Of a DNA stretch of 64,000 nt, positions 9,639-20,409 are shown piece by piece. The position numbers were made by a program, and so were the translations under genes. Within the stretch, counting starts at the first letter, position 1. Every line of letters begins with the position of its first letter. Under the pieces are notes generated by a model. The model saw only the letters and a list, made by a program, of their open reading frames with translations, was not told the origin of the DNA and made no database searches. The DNA comes from an archaeon (lineage in GTDB: Archaea > B1Sed10-29 > JAVZDC01): the NCBI GenBank assembly GCA_038874115.1, contig JAVZDC010000001.1, positions 266,871 through 330,870 of the forward strand, given 5' to 3'.

Positions 9639-10280
9639 ATGCTTCCTCTTGGATGTAAAAATATGGATCTTTTGCTTGATGGTGGCTTATTGGAAAAAGT
9701 CATAACTGAAATTTATGGTGCTCCTGGTACTGGTAAAACTACTTTTGCTCTCCAAGCTGCCTTAAATGCAGCTAGGATTGGAAAAGAAGTTTTGTTTTTA
9801 GACACAGAGTCTTCTTTCAATTTTAGAAGGTTTGAGCAAATGGCTGGACCAAGGTTCAAGGAATTTTTAAAAAGAATAACCATTAAAGACATGTATTCTT
9901 TTGAAGAACAAGAAAAGGTATGTGAAAATATTTTTGGAGACCTAGTGATCGTAGATTGTTTTACCTATTTTTATAGGTTGGAAAAAAATAATGAAAATCG
10001 CGAAGAAATAAATAGAAGATTAGGGAAAATTCTTGCGAAACTTAACGAACATGCTAGAAAAAATAATGCGGCAGTACTTTTAACAAATCAAGTTTATTTT
10101 GATTTAAAAACAAATAAAGAAGAACCAGTAAGTGGGGATCTTTTAGAATATTTTTCCAAAGTCATCTTGGAGTTGAAAAATAAAGAAGAAAGAAAAGCAA
10201 TATTGAAAAAGCATGTTTTTAAAAAGCCAGGCCAAGAAGTTTATTTTAAAATAACGGATTTGGGGATTATCGATGTTTAA
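9639..10280 (+). CDS. radB: RadB (RecA/RadA paralog).
   Basis: [16 protein letters not shown]...[13 protein letters not shown] Walker A and Walker B (LVIVDC). The longer ORF from 9387 is a non-conserved extension that would overlap cdc48. Confidence 0.8.
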   Translation: MLPLGCKNMDLLLDGGLLEKVITEIYGAPGTGKTTFALQAALNAARIGKEVLFLDTESSFNFRRFEQMAGPRFKEFLKRITIKDMYSFEEQEKVCENIFGDLVIVDCFTYFYRLEKNNENREEINRRLGKILAKLNEHARKNNAAVLLTNQVYFDLKTNKEEPVSGDLLEYFSKVILELKNKEERKAILKKHVFKKPGQEVYFKITDLGIIDV

Positions 10281-11056
10281 GGTTTTATCTTAACTATGTC
10301 CGCCCCTCCAGACGGTAAAATTTCAAGAAGCCAAGATTTTTCAAAGACCTTTCCAGGATAAAGTTTTTGCAAAGATGTATACAATTTATCAACTATTTCT
10401 TTTTTGGTTACTGATGGATCTGGTTTAATTAAAATATATGGAAAGTCTTTATCTCTTATTTCTAATTCTGGTAAAACAGCTAATTTCTCATCCAAAAAAC
10501 AAACTCCGAGCAACAACTCCATATTTTTAAACCATTTTCTTTCTCCAAGAAGAACAAAAGAGCCTTTTGGTAAATATTCTCCAGGCTTAGCCGCAAGTTT
10601 AACTTGATCTTTTCTAACGCAATACACTGAAATTGGAATCCCCATTTTCCATGCAGAGCTAAAGCATGCTGCAAATTGAGCTGTTTTATTAAGAACAGAT
10701 TCAGGGGCATTTAACCCGTTTTTCAAAATAACTACGGAAGCTCCATGGATATCAGCATGGAAGAAAAGATCAGAATCTTCAAAATACTTTCTCACAAGAA
10801 TTTCATTTGTCTGGGCATCTTTGCCGCCAATAACTAAAAAATTTTCAATAATTGTCCAATGAAACTTTTCATACCATTCTTTCTCTCTCACGATTTTTTT
10901 AACTTTTACTTTGGGAGTATAACTTTCTAGATTGGCCTGTGTATCTTGTATTGCTTTCAGTAAACCTTTCTTTTTCATTTTTAATTTTTTAATTGCTTCG
11001 TAAACATCAGAAATATTCTTCTGAACAGACTCAAGATAGTTTATCTTTATCTCCAC
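10277..11056 (-). CDS. NFACT-R/DUF814 domain protein (Rqc2/FbpA-related).
   Basis: Coiled N-terminus plus HWTIIENFLVIGGKDAQTNEILVRKY...FFHADIHGASVVI (DUF814 signature). Confidence 0.55.
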   Translation of the reverse strand: MEIKINYLESVQKNISDVYEAIKKLKMKKKGLLKAIQDTQANLESYTPKVKVKKIVREKEWYEKFHWTIIENFLVIGGKDAQTNEILVRKYFEDSDLFFHADIHGASVVILKNGLNAPESVLNKTAQFAACFSSAWKMGIPISVYCVRKDQVKLAAKPGEYLPKGSFVLLGERKWFKNMELLLGVCFLDEKLAVLPELEIRDKDFPYILIKPDPSVTKKEIVDKLYTSLQKLYPGKVFEKSWLLEILPSGGADIVKIKP

Positions 11057-13046
11057 GCACCCACCCTTTTTTCGAAGGACATTTTAGGTCTAAACACATT
11101 TCAAAAGATCTTTTTTTATTCGATATTTTTATTTTTGGAGTTTTGCATAACGGACACAGTTCTCCCAAAGGAGTAATTTTTCCTTTTGCAGGTAAGGGGA
11201 AAGATACTTTGCAACCTTTTGAATAGTTTGTGCAACCTACAAATCTTTTTTTATTTTTCGATGTTATAACAATTAAGTTTCCTCCGCATGAGCAAACACC
11301 CAAAACCTGATTTGTTCGAATTGCTGATTTTAGCTCATTAGCAATTTTTTCAGAATTTTTATCTATTTGAGAATAAAGTTCCAACAGCATCTGCCTTGAC
11401 TCGGAAACAACATTCTCTTTTTTCTTTTGCCCAAGTTCTACCTTATTCATTTCTTCCTCTAGTGCAGAGGTCATATCTGGTTTTGTTATCGCTGGAACGT
11501 ACTTACTTAAAATATCGATAACTGCGAAAGCGATTGGAGATGGAGAAAAGGTTTTTTTGCCAACCAAATAGCCTCTGTCAATAAGTTTCTGCAATATCTC
11601 TGCTCTCGTTGATTTTGTACCGAGGTTCAAATCTTCCATCTCTTTTAAAAGAGCTGCGGGGGTATACCTTGGTTTTGGTTTTGTAAAATCTTGCTTAAAA
11701 GCGATTTTCACTGGAATTACTTCCCCTTCTTTTAATTGAGGTAAATAAATTTCTTCTTGCTTCGAATATGGGTAATAATATTTCCATCCAGCATCAATGA
11801 TCCTTCTACCATGTGCTATGTATTTTTGACCATTCGCTTCCAAAATTATTTTTAAACTTTCCAATTTTTCATTTGGTGCTAAAGTTGCAAAAAATCTCCT
11901 AACAACAAGTTCATAAATCATCCATTCTTGCTTTGATAGTTCCGAAGGGGAAGCGTTTTCTACAGGGTGGATTGGAGGGTGATCAGTAGTTGCTTTTTTT
12001 CCTGAGGTAGGGGTAATTTTTGGAAGTTTTAAAAGAGATTGGGCAAGGTTCGAAAAAACTCCTTTTGAAAGTTTATTTAAAATTTCCTTCAAATTTAAAG
12101 ATTTTGGATAAACTGTATTATCTGTTCTTGGGTAAGAAATATATCCTTCCATGTATAACTTTTCTGCAATCTGCATAGCTCTTTGTGGTTGAAAACCTAA
12201 AAACGAGCAAGCTCTTAAAAATTCAGTTGTATTAAACGGTTCGGGTGGGCTTATCTCTAAAATTTTAGACGTAGATTTAACTACTTTTGCTTCAGAAGGA
12301 TTTGAGGACAACACTTTCTCAAACTCAGATTTATCAAAAAATTTTTCTTTTTCATGAATCGCGACGAAAGTTTCCCCGTTTTTCTCACATTTTAAATAAA
12401 TTACCCAAAAAGGATCTGGTTTAAAGTTTAAAATCTCTTTTTCCCTCTGAACAACCAAAGCTAACATCGGGGTTTGGACCCTGCCTGCTGAAAGAAAATC
12501 TTTACCAAGTCGATTAGAAGTTAAAGAAAGATAACGGGTTAAAACAGCACCCCAAATTAAATCTATTTCTCTTCGAGTATCTGCAGCATCAGCTAAGTTC
12601 CAATTAAATTCAACAAGGTTTGAAAATGCTTTTTTTATTTCTTCAGGAGTTATTGCAGAAAAAACAGCTCGCAGATACGGGATTTTTTTTACACTCAACA
12701 AAATACTTAATGCTTCTTTTCCTATGCTTTCTCCTTCGCGATCGTAATCTGTACTAATTATAATCTCGTCTGCGTCTTTTACCAATTGTTCCAAAGCCGC
12801 ACAAATTTTATCATTTATCTTTCTAAGAATTATAGGGGCAAAAATAAGTTCTTTTGGATTTACTTTCGTCCAATTCGAGTATTCATCTGGAAAATCTACA
12901 TCAAAAACATGCCCTTTCAAAGGGAAAAAAATAGAATCTCCAACTGAATAGTATTCGATACCAAGTAAACGATTTGTCTTATACTTTCCAAAAATACTTG
13001 CAATCTTTTGAGCTGCAATTGGTTTCTCAACAATTACTAATTTCAT
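11031..13046 (-). CDS. Type IA DNA topoisomerase (Topo III/TopA-like) with C-terminal zinc ribbons.
   Basis: 671 aa. Toprim N-terminus (MKLVIVEKP), a type IA core and C-terminal CxxC...CxxC ribbons. Confidence 0.9.
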   Translation of the reverse strand: MKLVIVEKPIAAQKIASIFGKYKTNRLLGIEYYSVGDSIFFPLKGHVFDVDFPDEYSNWTKVNPKELIFAPIILRKINDKICAALEQLVKDADEIIISTDYDREGESIGKEALSILLSVKKIPYLRAVFSAITPEEIKKAFSNLVEFNWNLADAADTRREIDLIWGAVLTRYLSLTSNRLGKDFLSAGRVQTPMLALVVQREKEILNFKPDPFWVIYLKCEKNGETFVAIHEKEKFFDKSEFEKVLSSNPSEAKVVKSTSKILEISPPEPFNTTEFLRACSFLGFQPQRAMQIAEKLYMEGYISYPRTDNTVYPKSLNLKEILNKLSKGVFSNLAQSLLKLPKITPTSGKKATTDHPPIHPVENASPSELSKQEWMIYELVVRRFFATLAPNEKLESLKIILEANGQKYIAHGRRIIDAGWKYYYPYSKQEEIYLPQLKEGEVIPVKIAFKQDFTKPKPRYTPAALLKEMEDLNLGTKSTRAEILQKLIDRGYLVGKKTFSPSPIAFAVIDILSKYVPAITKPDMTSALEEEMNKVELGQKKKENVVSESRQMLLELYSQIDKNSEKIANELKSAIRTNQVLGVCSCGGNLIVITSKNKKRFVGCTNYSKGCKVSFPLPAKGKITPLGELCPLCKTPKIKISNKKRSFEMCLDLKCPSKKGWVRGDKDKLS

Positions 13047-13798
13047 TTCTTTCTAACCATTTTTCTAGTTTTTACTTTTACGATAGGATATCTATTCAAA
13101 TAAAGCACGCTTGCGTATATTTGTAAGAATGGCACTATGAAAAAGGCTGTTAAAAGAAGGGAAAAAATCTTGTGTTCCCAAACGAAATAAAAGCCAAGAA
13201 ATACTTCAAAAACTGCTGCCAAAAATAGAAGTACCAGCCCTACAACAAGGTATTTCAAATAGTATATCGGAGAAGATAAAAAGAAAGTTAGCGAGTCTTT
13301 TAAAGTTTTTTCTAAACCAAAATCATCCATAACCATTATTTGTGGAGCAAATAAAAGTGGGAGCCAAAGCAAAAATATTATTAATTGTGTGAAAAAGTAA
13401 GGGACATGTAAATAAGTTAAAAAAACTCCTACAGAAATTGTTAGAAGGATAATGAATAGGAAGAAAATAAAAAGATCCTTTAAATATTTTTGAAAGAATT
13501 TTAAAACTCTCGCAAAGCCAACATGGTCGTAAGTTTCTTGAAGTTTAACTATGCTTATCATTGCTGCACAAAAAGCTGCTAAAAAGAAAGGAGTGAGAAT
13601 AGTGAAAAAAGCGATAACAATTCCGGAAATTAAACTAAAATCTAAATATATTGAAGAAAATCTAATAAACCCACTACCTATGGTAACGTAAGATTCGATA
13701 AAAGGTAATAGAGTCAGAGAATATAAAACTGCAAAACTAAATACGAATATAACATCTAGATTTTTCAAATAATATTCGAATGATTTTTGAAGAGACAT
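13043..13798 (-). CDS. Polytopic integral membrane protein, hypothetical.
   Basis: 251 aa with about 6-7 hydrophobic helices. Overlaps the topoisomerase gene by 4 nt. Confidence 0.5.
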   Translation of the reverse strand: MSLQKSFEYYLKNLDVIFVFSFAVLYSLTLLPFIESYVTIGSGFIRFSSIYLDFSLISGIVIAFFTILTPFFLAAFCAAMISIVKLQETYDHVGFARVLKFFQKYLKDLFIFFLFIILLTISVGVFLTYLHVPYFFTQLIIFLLWLPLLFAPQIMVMDDFGLEKTLKDSLTFFLSSPIYYLKYLVVGLVLLFLAAVFEVFLGFYFVWEHKIFSLLLTAFFIVPFLQIYASVLYLNRYPIVKVKTRKMVRKK

Positions 13799-13832
13799 CA
13801 GACCACCTATAAAATTAAATCAATTCTTATAT

Positions 13833-15041
13833 TTATACTATTTCTCCTTTTAACCCTCTTTCCGAAAAACCAGTAATTCTTACCTTAGTTATGTCTCCTG
13901 TTTTTCCTTTTACCGAGACAGGTAAATAGTTAAAAGCTCTGGAGGTATCTAAAATTAAACATTCTATTTCTCTCCCCAAAAACTTTCTATTATTTTCCAA
14001 AGCCAATTTCCTACAAATTTCCGAAAGTTCTACGCTTCTTTTTTTAATGATTTTTGTATCTACTTTTTTCATCGATTTTGCAGGAGTATTCAGCCTTGGA
14101 TAAAATTTCGAGAGGTTTACTATTGCAGGTCTAGTTTGATTTAAAAGTTCTACCGTCTTAAGATGATCATCATCTTTTTCTCCTGGAAAACCAACGATTA
14201 TATCAGTCGAAATTGTGATGTCTGGGAACTTTTCTTTGAAAAAGAAAACTAAATCTGAAAAATCTTTTGCTGTGTGACCCCTATGCATCGATCTTAAAAT
14301 TTCATCCGATCCGCTTTGAACTGGAAGATGTAAGAATTGGAAAAAAATCGGGGATTCAAGAGATTTTGCTATAACTTCTTTATATTTTTTAATATATTGT
14401 GGGTTCGCCATGCCAAGTCTTACTTTAAATTCCCCCTCAACTTTCGATATTTTTTCTAAAAGAGATCCAATGTTCGTACCTATGTCAAGTCCATAGCATC
14501 CACAATCTTGAGCAGTTAACAAAATTTCTTTTTTTCCAGCTTGGACTGCTCTTTCCAAAGTTAAAACTATATCTCTTTCCGAATAACTTCTAAGATTACC
14601 TCGCGCATTTTTTGTGGCGCAAAAAGAACATCGAGACAAGCATCCTTCGCATATTGGAATTATAGCCGTAAAGCCTTCCCCATAGAAATCGAGTTTATTC
14701 AAAGATTTGGAAGATATGAAGATTTCTCTTTTTTCTAAAGCTTGAGGCAAAAAATCCAAGGAATTTGAATCTACGATAGAAACCGGATATTTTTGAAGCC
14801 TTTCAAAATTTATCTTTGGTAAGCAACCAGTGACCACTACTTTTTTATTTGCTTTCAAATATTTTTCGATTAAAAAAAACATTCTATTTTCAGTAGTGTT
14901 TTTTACCCCGCATGTATTTAAAATTACAGCATCTGCGTGCTCAAGTCTTTTACAAAAGACATTTTTATTTAATACTTTTTTTATGTATCCTTCGTCAGCT
15001 TTATTAAAAGTGCATCCAAAAGTTTGCAAAAATATTCGCAT
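13833..15041 (-). CDS. Radical SAM methylthiotransferase (MiaB/CDKAL1/MtaB family).
   Basis: The UPF0004 N-domain has FGCTFNKAD and the radical SAM motif is CEGCLSRCSFC. A TRAM-like C-terminus follows. Confidence 0.85.
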   Translation of the reverse strand: MRIFLQTFGCTFNKADEGYIKKVLNKNVFCKRLEHADAVILNTCGVKNTTENRMFFLIEKYLKANKKVVVTGCLPKINFERLQKYPVSIVDSNSLDFLPQALEKREIFISSKSLNKLDFYGEGFTAIIPICEGCLSRCSFCATKNARGNLRSYSERDIVLTLERAVQAGKKEILLTAQDCGCYGLDIGTNIGSLLEKISKVEGEFKVRLGMANPQYIKKYKEVIAKSLESPIFFQFLHLPVQSGSDEILRSMHRGHTAKDFSDLVFFFKEKFPDITISTDIIVGFPGEKDDDHLKTVELLNQTRPAIVNLSKFYPRLNTPAKSMKKVDTKIIKKRSVELSEICRKLALENNRKFLGREIECLILDTSRAFNYLPVSVKGKTGDITKVRITGFSERGLKGEIV

Positions 15042-15044
15042 ATC

Positions 15045-15335
15045 CTATCTTTTTTTGAAAAAATCAAAAGCATACCTGAGTAGCCCGCCAAAAAGCAGTG
15101 CTCCGGACAAGATTAAAGGTAATCCTCCGCCAGCCGCAGTAAATTTGCTAGCGTCCATCATCGAGAAAGTTTGAAAAAGAATAATATTTAAAAATAAGTA
15201 AGAAACAAAAACCAAGAAACTCGGTAAAACATAGTATATCCAATGCTCAAATTTTATCCCGAGTTCTTCCAAAGGTTCTTTTAAAAAAGAGCCAAGTATA
15301 AAACCTCCAATGAAAACAAAGACAGCATCCAACAT
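15045..15335 (-). CDS. Small membrane protein, hypothetical.
   Basis: 96 aa with three hydrophobic helices. Confidence 0.4.
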   Translation of the reverse strand: MLDAVFVFIGGFILGSFLKEPLEELGIKFEHWIYYVLPSFLVFVSYLFLNIILFQTFSMMDASKFTAAGGGLPLILSGALLFGGLLRYAFDFFKKR

Positions 15336-15387
15336 AAATTATTTTTTGGGGAAATAAATATATAAAAGTATTGTACATTATTTATCC

Positions 15388-16362
15388 ATGGATGTTATTC
15401 CTTGGGTAGAAAAATATAGGCCGAAGAAATTAAAAGAAATTGTTGGGCATGAAGAAATAATAAAAAGATTGGAAAATTATGTGCAAACAAAAAATTTACC
15501 TAATTTTCTTTTTGCCGGACCTGCAGGGGTTGGTAAAACCGCGACTGTTTTAGCCTTGGCTCATGAACTTTTCAAAGATACAATATCTCAAAACTTTTTA
15601 GAATTGAATGCAAGTGATGAAAGGGGGATTGATGTAATAAGGGGAAAAATAAAAGATTTTGCTGCCACGCTTCCGTATGGAGACGTAAAATTTAAGATAA
15701 TATTTTTGGATGAAGCTGATGCTTTAACAAAAGATGCACAAAATGCGCTGAGAAGGACGATGGAAACCTATGCCAACACAACTAGATTTTGTCTAAGTTG
15801 TAATTATAGCAGCAGAATAATAGAACCTATTCAAAGTAGATGCGTGCTTCTCAGATTTAAACCTCTTTCAAAAGAGGAAATTATCAAAAGGTTAAAAATG
15901 ATTGCTGAAAAGGAAAAAGTTAATTGCACAGACGACGGGTATGAAGCATTAGTTTATGCTTCAGAAGGAGATTTGAGAAAGGCGATAAACTTATTACAGA
16001 CTGCAAGTGCATTAGGTGAAAAGGTTACTGAAAAAATTGTTTTTAAAATTGCTGCTAGAGCAAGGCCAAAAGAAGTTAAAGAACTTATAGAATATGCGTT
16101 AAAAGGAAAGTTTGAAGCGTCTCGTGAAAAATTGGATTTTTTACTTTATGAATATGGTTTAAGCGGAGAAGACATCATGCTTCAAATCTATAAAGAGATC
16201 ATAAACTCGAAATTAGACCCAAGACATAAAGTGGAATTAATAGATAAAATCGGGGAATATGATTTTAGGCTTAGTGAAGGCGCGAATGAAAGAATACAAT
16301 TAGAAGCAATGCTAGCTTATTTTGTTTTGTTTGGAGAAAAAAATAAATTAACTGAAGTTTAG
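15388..16362 (+). CDS. rfcS: Replication factor C small subunit.
   Basis: PWVEKYRP, GPAGVGKT Walker A, DEAD-like LDEAD and SRC motifs. Confidence 0.95.
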   Translation: MDVIPWVEKYRPKKLKEIVGHEEIIKRLENYVQTKNLPNFLFAGPAGVGKTATVLALAHELFKDTISQNFLELNASDERGIDVIRGKIKDFAATLPYGDVKFKIIFLDEADALTKDAQNALRRTMETYANTTRFCLSCNYSSRIIEPIQSRCVLLRFKPLSKEEIIKRLKMIAEKEKVNCTDDGYEALVYASEGDLRKAINLLQTASALGEKVTEKIVFKIAARARPKEVKELIEYALKGKFEASREKLDFLLYEYGLSGEDIMLQIYKEIINSKLDPRHKVELIDKIGEYDFRLSEGANERIQLEAMLAYFVLFGEKNKLTEV

Positions 16363-17379
16363 AGAAAACCTTAAAATGGCTACAATCCCACCAAAAGCTG
16401 CTAATTTTTTACTTTCTTCGTTTTCGTGAGAAATAAATAAAACTTTGGCTCCCTTTTTCTCCACTTCTTCTAAAATCTGTTCCAAATTTTCTCTTTTCTC
16501 AAAAAGTAAAGAATCCAATACTAAAAGAGTATCAACTGCTCCACAAGTAATTGCCTCTTTTATTTGCTCAAAACCGTACGCTACTTTCGATGAATCTTTT
16601 GAAAGTTGTTCTATAAAACTATCTATAGCTTTTGTTTCTTGAGAAAATCTATTCTGACGAATTAATTTTTCCAAAGTTCCTTTTTTCACAAGTTCATAAA
16701 CTCCTTGTGCTCCTGTGTTTCCCGTACTTTCAATAAGTGTTTTTTCTGCTAGTTGCTTATTTTTCTCTTTCAAGAATTTATAGAAGTTTTCTTTTTCAAA
16801 ACCAGGCCCGGCTAAAATTAGAAAATCAATTTCAGATTTTGAAATTAAATTATAAATATCTTTAAAATATTCCGTCTTTTCTCCCATGCCTTCTTTTATA
16901 CCTGAAGTACTTACTTGTCCTTTACTTTTTATCCCTGATAAAAATATTTGAAAAAGCTCTGCTTCCCTTTCATCAAGCACTAAAATCGATAATTTTGGTT
17001 TTTTACTTTCTTCCTGCGCCTCTAAAAGACGAGAAATTTCATGTTTTTTCCAAACCTGTTTTTGAATTGTTATCCGATCGTTTATAGATACATCTATAGA
17101 ATGGTATGCTCCTTTTGGTGCATACTCCTCTGGGTTCGCTTCCAGAATTTTTCCTAAAATTCTAAGAGATTGGAAATTTGGATTAAATTCTACTTTTTCC
17201 ACAGATATTTTCAAAATAATTGGTTTTTTCTCCGCCCGACCGCCTTCTGAAATAAATTTACGGTGTGTAAAAGCAGTAACTTGATCCCCGGGAGAAATTA
17301 CTTTTTCTAAATGCCATAAATCCTCCAAACTTTCTATTTTTACTTTCTTTATATTTTCCGATTCATCAAAAACATGCAT
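16348..17379 (-). CDS. pelA: Pelota/Dom34 (aPelota) mRNA surveillance factor.
   Basis: 343 aa with an eRF1-like three-domain pattern. Confidence 0.88.
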   Translation of the reverse strand: MHVFDESENIKKVKIESLEDLWHLEKVISPGDQVTAFTHRKFISEGGRAEKKPIILKISVEKVEFNPNFQSLRILGKILEANPEEYAPKGAYHSIDVSINDRITIQKQVWKKHEISRLLEAQEESKKPKLSILVLDEREAELFQIFLSGIKSKGQVSTSGIKEGMGEKTEYFKDIYNLISKSEIDFLILAGPGFEKENFYKFLKEKNKQLAEKTLIESTGNTGAQGVYELVKKGTLEKLIRQNRFSQETKAIDSFIEQLSKDSSKVAYGFEQIKEAITCGAVDTLLVLDSLLFEKRENLEQILEEVEKKGAKVLFISHENEESKKLAAFGGIVAILRFSLNFS

Positions 17380-17413
17380 AATCTTTATATATTTCCTTTA
17401 ATTATAAGTTTTT

Positions 17414-17608
17414 ATGCAGGTGGATAAAATTGGGTTAATATTCTTAATCGTCGGCCTTTTAATTTTGGGTGGAATGTTTACTTTTGTCATCCCAGGCGGA
17501 TTTTCCATATCCGGAATTATTAATGCTTTTTGGCTATTGGTTCAAGGGGGTCTTATTCTAGCGGGCATTATGTTCTTATTTTTCGGATTTCTTCTAATGT
17601 TTTTTTAA
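17414..17608 (+). CDS. Small membrane protein, hypothetical.
   Basis: 64 aa, two hydrophobic helices. Confidence 0.3.
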   Translation: MQVDKIGLIFLIVGLLILGGMFTFVIPGGFSISGIINAFWLLVQGGLILAGIMFLFFGFLLMFF

Positions 17609-17619
17609 GTTGAGCTAAA

Positions 17620-19299
17620 ATGAGGATTGCTGTTATTGATAAAACTAAATGTCAACCTAGAAAATGCAATTTTACCTGTATTTCAGTATGTCCTGGAGTT
17701 AAGACTGGGAAAAAAACTATAGTTGAGGAAAATAATTTTCCGGTGATTTATGAAAATCTTTGCATCGGATGCGGAATATGTGTTAAAAAGTGTCCGTTTA
17801 ATGCGATAAAAATAGAAAATTTAGCTGAGGAAAAAGGATACTTGGCTTATAGATATGGGAAAAATGGGTTTGGAATTTTCAATTTGCCCATTCCAGATAA
17901 AGGAGTCGGGGTCATAATAGGAAGTAATGGTATTGGAAAAACGACGACTTTAAAAATACTTTCTGGAAGCTTAAAAGTAGATTTTCAAAATTTTCCAAAG
18001 CAAGCTCAAGATTGGTTAAAAGAAGAAAGAAGTGTGGTTGTTAAACCTCAAGAATTAAAAATAAGTAAAAAAGAAAAGGTCAAAGATGTGATTTTAAGAA
18101 ACGATGAAAGAAAAGTAGCACCAGAGATCATAAAAAAGTTAGAATTAAATGATTCTTTGGATAAAGATTTGGATGAATTAAGTGGGGGAGAATTGCAAAG
18201 AGTTGCTATTGCTTGTGCTTGTTGTAAGAAGGCAGAATTTTATTTTTTTGATGAACCTTGTTCTTTTTTAGATATAAAACAAAGGCTAAATGTTGCTGAG
18301 GTTTTGAAAGATTTGAGCAAAGAAGCAAACGTTCTGGTTATTGAGCATGATTTAGCTGTGCTTGATTATCTTGCAGATTATGTCTACATCATTTATGGAA
18401 AACCAGGGGTATTTGGAGTTTGTTCAAATAAAAAGAATGCGAGAGTTGGGGTAAATGAATATCTTTTTGGTTTCTTGAAATCCGAGAATGTAAGGATCAG
18501 GGATTTTGAGTATACTTTTGAGAAGAAACCTCCAGCCTCTGAATGGAAAGGTAAGAAATATGTAGAATATCCTTCTTTTGAGAAAAAATGGCCTAGTTTT
18601 GAGCTTAAAGTTGAAGGGGGTAGATTGATAAAAGGAGAGGTTGTCGGTTTGGTTGGTCCAAATGCGATTGGAAAAACAACCTTTGTAAGAGTTTTAGCTG
18701 GAGAAATAGATATTGGGAAAAAGATAGATTTGGGAAAAGTCGCATATAAACCTCAGTATTTAAACATAAATTCTGAAAAAACTGTTTTTGATTTCTTAAA
18801 TTCTCAAAAATTGGATCAAGCTATCTTTGAAGAAACAAAAAGTTTTGTTTCTGAACTTTTCGATAAACAAGTTAACACACTTTCGGGTGGAGAATTACAA
18901 AGAGTTGCAATAGTAAATGCTTTATGTTTACCTTCTGAAATTTGCCTTTTAGATGAACCTTCTGCATATTTGGATATTGAACAACGAATAAGTTTAGCAA
19001 AACTTATAAAAAAGATTACTGAGAAAACGGAAAGAATTAGCTTGGTTGTAGATCATGACATCTCATTCATAGATTCTATCTCGAATCGATTAATAGTATT
19101 TAATGGAGAACCTGGGAAAAAAGGTTTTGCAAATGCTCCAGTAAGCATGAGAGAAGGAATGAACTCCTTGTTGAAAAATTTTGATATAACATTTAGGAGG
19201 GATAAAGATACTGGAAGGCCAAGAATGAATAAAAAAGGTTCGCAAAAAGATATTGAACAAAAAAAGATGGGAGAATATTACTATGTTATCTCCGAATGA
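17620..19299 (+). CDS. abcE1: ABCE1/RNase L inhibitor (ribosome recycling factor).
   Basis: N-terminal CxxC ferredoxin-like 4Fe-4S domains plus two ABC ATPase domains (GSNGIGKTT, GPNAIGKTT, LSGGELQRVA x2). Confidence 0.95.
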   Translation: MRIAVIDKTKCQPRKCNFTCISVCPGVKTGKKTIVEENNFPVIYENLCIGCGICVKKCPFNAIKIENLAEEKGYLAYRYGKNGFGIFNLPIPDKGVGVIIGSNGIGKTTTLKILSGSLKVDFQNFPKQAQDWLKEERSVVVKPQELKISKKEKVKDVILRNDERKVAPEIIKKLELNDSLDKDLDELSGGELQRVAIACACCKKAEFYFFDEPCSFLDIKQRLNVAEVLKDLSKEANVLVIEHDLAVLDYLADYVYIIYGKPGVFGVCSNKKNARVGVNEYLFGFLKSENVRIRDFEYTFEKKPPASEWKGKKYVEYPSFEKKWPSFELKVEGGRLIKGEVVGLVGPNAIGKTTFVRVLAGEIDIGKKIDLGKVAYKPQYLNINSEKTVFDFLNSQKLDQAIFEETKSFVSELFDKQVNTLSGGELQRVAIVNALCLPSEICLLDEPSAYLDIEQRISLAKLIKKITEKTERISLVVDHDISFIDSISNRLIVFNGEPGKKGFANAPVSMREGMNSLLKNFDITFRRDKDTGRPRMNKKGSQKDIEQKKMGEYYYVISE

Positions 19300-20050
19300 A
19301 CTTAATGAAATAATTGAAAACTTGGATATTGAATTTTCCGATTCTTGTTTTGAAAAAGAACTTTACGAAGCTTTAGATAGAAATTGTTTTGGGGATGTAG
19401 TGTTTTTTTCAGGGGGCGTCGATTCAACTCTTTTGGCTTATTTAGCAAATAAAAAGAAAAAAGTAATATGTTGTACTTGTGGAATCCCTGGTGCTGAAGA
19501 CTTAATCTTTGCTGAAAAAGTTTGTGAAAAAATGAATTGGTTGTGGCAACCAATAATCGTTGAAGATTTAAAAGAATACATAAAAGAAGTTATGAGAATA
19601 ACTCATAGAAAAGATCCTTTGGGAATCTCTCTAGGGTTAATTACATACTTGATTTTGAGTTCCAGACCTGAAAAAGTTTTTATATCTGGCTTGGGTGCTG
19701 AAGATTTATTTGCTGGGTATTCTAGGTTTAAAAAAGCAAAAAATTATGACGAATTGCACAAAATGCTTTACGATTCTTTGAAAGAACTTCCAAAAAGAGA
19801 CTATGAAAAAGATTATTTGATTGCAAGAGAACTTGGGAAAGAAATAATTTATCCTTTTTTAAGTAAAGAAGTTTTGCAAATTGCCATGAAAATACATCCA
19901 AAATATAAGCTGGGAGACCAAAATAAGTTGATTTTGAGAAAAATTGCATCAAAATACATTCCAGACTTTTCCGTTTATCGGATTAAAAGAGCAGCGCAAT
20001 TTGGTTCTGGTTTTTGGAAAAAAGTTAAGAAAATTTTAAAAGAAGTTTAA
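19283..20050 (+). CDS. PP-loop ATPase of the asparagine-synthetase C-terminal domain family (no glutaminase domain).
   Basis: VVFFSGGVDSTLLAYLA (PP-loop, SGGxDS) and the AsnB-like C-terminal block NKLILRKIASKYIP...RIKRAAQFGSG. Confidence 0.6.
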   Translation: MLSPNELNEIIENLDIEFSDSCFEKELYEALDRNCFGDVVFFSGGVDSTLLAYLANKKKKVICCTCGIPGAEDLIFAEKVCEKMNWLWQPIIVEDLKEYIKEVMRITHRKDPLGISLGLITYLILSSRPEKVFISGLGAEDLFAGYSRFKKAKNYDELHKMLYDSLKELPKRDYEKDYLIARELGKEIIYPFLSKEVLQIAMKIHPKYKLGDQNKLILRKIASKYIPDFSVYRIKRAAQFGSGFWKKVKKILKEV

Positions 20051-20409
20051 AAAACTATAATTTTGACTCCAAAAACCTTTTCCATAATTTCTTTTGCTTT
20101 TGGTGATGATTTTAATAGCATTAGGTCTGGTTTTTCTACATTAATTATTCTAGAAAGTTTATCAATCAAGCTTCCCCATTCATCGTATATTTTACATTTT
20201 GGACCAAATTTCTCAGAAAAAAACTCCAAAGTTTTTTGTTTATTCTTAATTTCTGTAGAAAAAGCAAGAGTTGAATTATCGCTATGTTCGACAATGTTTA
20301 CTAAAATAATTTTATCTGCAGAAGAACAAAACTCCAAATATTTTTCAAAAAGTTCGGACTCGTCTCCAGATATTATTGGGATTATAACCTTATGCGCGCA
20401 CATATACAC
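20047..20409 (-). CDS. Universal stress protein (UspA)-like.
   Basis: 120 aa with the pattern HKVIIPI.SGDESE...KIILVNIVE. Confidence 0.45.
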   Translation of the reverse strand: MYMCAHKVIIPIISGDESELFEKYLEFCSSADKIILVNIVEHSDNSTLAFSTEIKNKQKTLEFFSEKFGPKCKIYDEWGSLIDKLSRIINVEKPDLMLLKSSPKAKEIMEKVFGVKIIVF